DNA from: Octopus bimaculoides
Lineage: Eukaryota
DNA: 64,000 nucleotides
Direction of reading: 5' to 3'
Assembly (NCBI RefSeq): GCF_001194135.2
Contig: NC_068984.1
Span: 18,506,279-18,570,278, forward strand
In this document: one piece after another, positions 61,631 through 64,000 of the stretch
Layout: each line of letters starts with the position of its first letter
How positions within the stretch are numbered: the first letter of the stretch is position 1
Notes under the pieces: model-generated
Databases searched by the model: none
What the model was told of the DNA's origin: nothing
What the model saw: only the letters and a program-made list of their open reading frames with translations
Program-made: the position numbers and the translations under genes

Positions 61631-62840
61631 GTCGAGCGGACAAAATTGTCAATGCATTGGACAAAGTGCCTTGTGGCATTTAGTTACAATACTTTTCTTT
61701 TGAGTTCTAATTTTGTTAAGGCTAACTTTGCCTTCCATCTTATTGGGCTGATGAAATAAAGTACCAGTTAAGTACTAGGGTCAATGTCATTGATTTTCCC
61801 ATTTCCTCATTTAATTGTTGGCCTTGTGCCAAAATTCAAAACAATTATTATTAATTACTATATAAGCTCCTTTAGTTATTATCGTAAATTAGTGATTATA
61901 ATAATTTGGCAATTTTTTTTTTTTTTTCATTTATCATTTCTTTTTTTTTCTCAAATCAAATAAAGGAAATAATCATCCCATGGTTATGTTTGGCACCTTG
62001 CAATTGCTATGTTTGTTCATCTCATTGGCTATTTGTTTAAAATTGCATGAAATTATTTGTCAGTCACAAACTTAATTTATTTGCATAAACCATTTCTTCT
62101 TCAGATATTTCATGATGCTGTTTTGTATTTTTGTTTGTTTGTTTGTTTGTCTAGTTATGTATTTGCTGATGTTGTTTGTTTTTTTCTTCACTTTTATTTC
62201 TTTCTCTTTCATATTTTGTCATGTCTGTGTTTTTCTCTCTTTTATAAATCTCACTCTCTCTTGTAATAATTGATGTGTTTAATAACATTATATTTTATTT
62301 ACAGATTTATTGTAATTATTTTATAACAATGTGGTGACTTAACATTTTTATATTTTGTGGCTATTGTTGTTGTTTTATTGAAATATACCAAAGGTAACAC
62401 CACGATTAAAAAACCAAGTAATTCACTCACATGTTTTCCTTTCGTTTAAAACTTAAAACTAACACAGCATCCACTTTCAGTTAGAGATAAATATTACCTT
62501 TTATCTATTTTCATTTATTTCCTCAACTCCCTCCTCCTTTTTAACTCTACAAGAATCCTATTAAATATTTTTGTAACTAGTTAAACAGTTAGAAGTATAC
62601 TTAACATTTTTTGGTTATTATGTAATACCTGTCTGAATAGCTTGGTAGATAATTGAATGGCTCATTAATTGATTTGTGTATGTGCATGTCAGAGAGAGAG
62701 AGAGAGAGAGAGAGAGGAAGAGTTGATGTTGAGGATTATGGCTGCTGAGGTTGATATAATCTTCTAGTCTACTCTCCCAAATATCACACCTTGTGCCTAT
62801 AGTAAAAAAGATTATTATTATTATTATTATTATTATTATA

Positions 62841-63014
62841 GATGTTGCACAGTATACAATATCAAGAGGTTGTTGATTGAAGATATTGTGTTTATCAGGG
62901 GTTTGTACTGTTTGTCAGGTCACAACAAGGACCTCACAGACAGTACTTTACGCAATGTGTGCAGTTCCAAGTAATGCCGACTTTTGCAATACATCTAGAT
63001 TGTAGGGTATCTCT
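62841..63014 (-). mobile_element. 3' end of an R4/Dong-clade (RLE) non-LTR retrotransposon inserted in (TAA)n
   Basis: Minus strand reads EIPYNLDVLQKSALLGTAHI, frameshift, LRKVLS, matching the R4/Dong C-terminal motif; (ATT)n on both sides. Confidence 0.75.
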
Positions 63015-64000
63015 TATTATCATTAATATTATTATTATTATCATATGTTGTTCTTATTAAGGCAGCAAGCTGGAAGAATCATTAGAGCATCTGACAAATT
63101 GCTTTGGAGAATTTCTTTCAGCTCTCTGCAATCTGAGTTCAAATCCCATCATAGCCAAGTTTACCTTTCATCCTTTCAGAGTCAGTAATATACATTGAAC
63201 ACTAAATTTAAGGTCTTGTGTCTATAATAGAAAGAATTATTATTATGAAGGTGATGAGCCAACAGAATCTTTAGCAAGCCAAACAAACTGTTTAGCCCCA
63301 ACTCAGAACACACATTGTTGGAACAAGTATTGCAAGGCATTTCATTGAACGCTATAATGATTCTATCAATCCACTGTTCAAGACTGCTATTTTATTTATC
63401 CACTCTGAAGAGATGACAAAGTTAACCTCATCAGGATTTGAACTCAGAATGCAAAAAGCCAGAATGAAATCCCAAGGCATTTCATCCACTGCTCTAACAA
63501 CTTTACCAATTCATCACGATTGTGTATGTGTATGTATGTACATACATATATACATGCATACATAAATGAGAGGTAACTCTCTAAATGAACATGGACTTAA
63601 TAGACTTTATCATCTGATGAACAGAAATCAATGAAATAAGTCCAGGTTTAGTACTGAAGCCCATATAATTGAGTAAAATCTTTAAAGGTGACACCCCCAG
63701 CATGCCTGCATTCCAGTGACTGAAACCTGTTAAAACAAGAAGTGCAAACAGTTAAACATATACCTCTGTGTGTGTATGCCTCAGTGTTTCATTTACATTC
63801 CACTGAAGGTCTACTTTTTTGCTATGCATATTTGGGAGAACCGTCACTCCTTCAGCTATAGGAACTGAAATCAACACACCACAACATGAAGCACTGGATG
63901 TGTTTTAACTACAGACACGGCAGTAACAGGATACAAACTGCGTGCATTTTGGCTTCCAGTGTGCCACATTTAATGCTCAAATAGCTACAACATTTGTGTA

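Overview
AT-rich, microsatellite- and SINE-dense animal genomic DNA with 5 N-gaps. The repeat content suggests a coleoid cephalopod, probably Octopus (inference). One protein-coding gene is supported: 15 internal + strand exons (6765-56792) of a kinesin-3 KIF13A/B-type (Khc-73-like) gene. They give about 654 codons in one open frame from the stalk/DUF3694-type region into the low-complexity tail. The motor domain lies upstream of the window and no CAP-Gly exon is seen. All splice phases are compatible. The gene has one GC-AG intron, a 36-nt microexon, and a last exon with two in-frame donors. Introns hold tRNA-derived SINEs (three families), RTE LINE 3' fragments, an R4/Dong retrotransposon 3' end, and hAT, mariner, Tc1-like and TTAA (piggyBac-like) MITEs. 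The most unusual items are a 932-bp fold-back Tc1/mariner element made of two transposase 5' ends, the splice-variable phospho-motif cassette in the kinesin tail, and a degenerate hammerhead-like motif at 63593-63643. Almost all supplied ORFs are microsatellite or repeat artefacts. I see no firm evidence for a wholly new biological system. Family assignments rest on recalled motifs, not on database searches.
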